Of a stretch of 20,000 bases of DNA, positions 19,735 to 20,000 are shown piece by piece (position 1 is the first letter of the stretch; each line of letters opens with the position of its first letter). Source of the stretch: Halocafeteria seosinensis (lineage: Eukaryota); assembly GCA_001687465.1 (NCBI GenBank), contig LVLI01000190.1, positions 120,844 through 140,843 of the forward strand, read 5' to 3'. The notes beneath the pieces are model-generated. The model ran no database searches, was not told where the DNA came from, and was given only the letters and a program-made list of their open reading frames with translations. The translations under genes were made by a program, and so were the position numbers.

Positions 19735-20000
19735 CCTCTTAACGAGGAGCGGTATGCAAGAGGTCCAACAAATGTCTAAACTCTACCAGATCTCCCGCGA
19801 ACGGTTACCACTTCGTTACGGTGGATTAGGACTCACGAAGGTGTCTATGATATCTCTCCCTGCCTATGTGGCATCGGTATGGGAATCAGGGGTTGGTTTT
19901 GAGGAGGAAGAGCGAACTTCGCTTGTTCAGGATCTTCGGAGACAGGATGTGGATATTTCAAAAGATGATCTGAGGGAAAAAGCTCCTACCCGTAAACAGC
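19709..20000 (+). mobile_element. Probable 5'-truncated non-LTR retrotransposon fragment (post-RT/thumb region), running off the window edge
   Basis: An open frame not listed in the ORF track reads ...MSKLYQISRERLPLRYGGLGLTKVSMISLPAYVASVWES... The LPxRxGGLG-x7-LPAYxAS pattern is typical of the region just after RT in RLE-type (CRE/R2-like) non-LTR elements. An in-frame TAG lies at 19706 and no RT core is seen upstream. Confidence 0.65.

Noticed and set aside
1..20000. Operon-like or defence-system reading of the gene neighbourhood (for example Tpt1 with adjacent genes)
   Set aside because: The genes are spliced, on mixed strands and functionally unrelated; nothing in the sequence supports a functional cluster.

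Overview
Gene-dense eukaryotic DNA with short GT-AG spliceosomal introns (about 47-91 nt), probably from a flagellated protist; it is not a prokaryotic locus. Splicing the ORF fragments by hand gives nine protein-coding genes: a CUE-domain (CUEDC1-like) protein, a tandem pair of paralogous Ser/Arg-rich orphan proteins, a CDP-alcohol phosphatidyltransferase, a ~1,280-aa uncharacterised protein with DPF/NPF motifs, a ~1,378-aa double glutaminase, a 408-aa hypothetical protein, a Tpt1/KptA RNA 2'-phosphotransferase, and a CFAP96/C4orf47-like ciliary protein with an extra N-terminal domain. A probable non-LTR retrotransposon fragment runs off the right edge. The standout feature is the glutaminase. 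One polypeptide carries an intact GLS-type catalytic domain, then a second full copy that has lost nearly every catalytic and substrate-binding residue (a pseudo-glutaminase), then ankyrin repeats. This looks like a covalently linked enzyme/pseudoenzyme pair. All family assignments come from motifs recognised by eye, with no database search, and the exon models are predictions.
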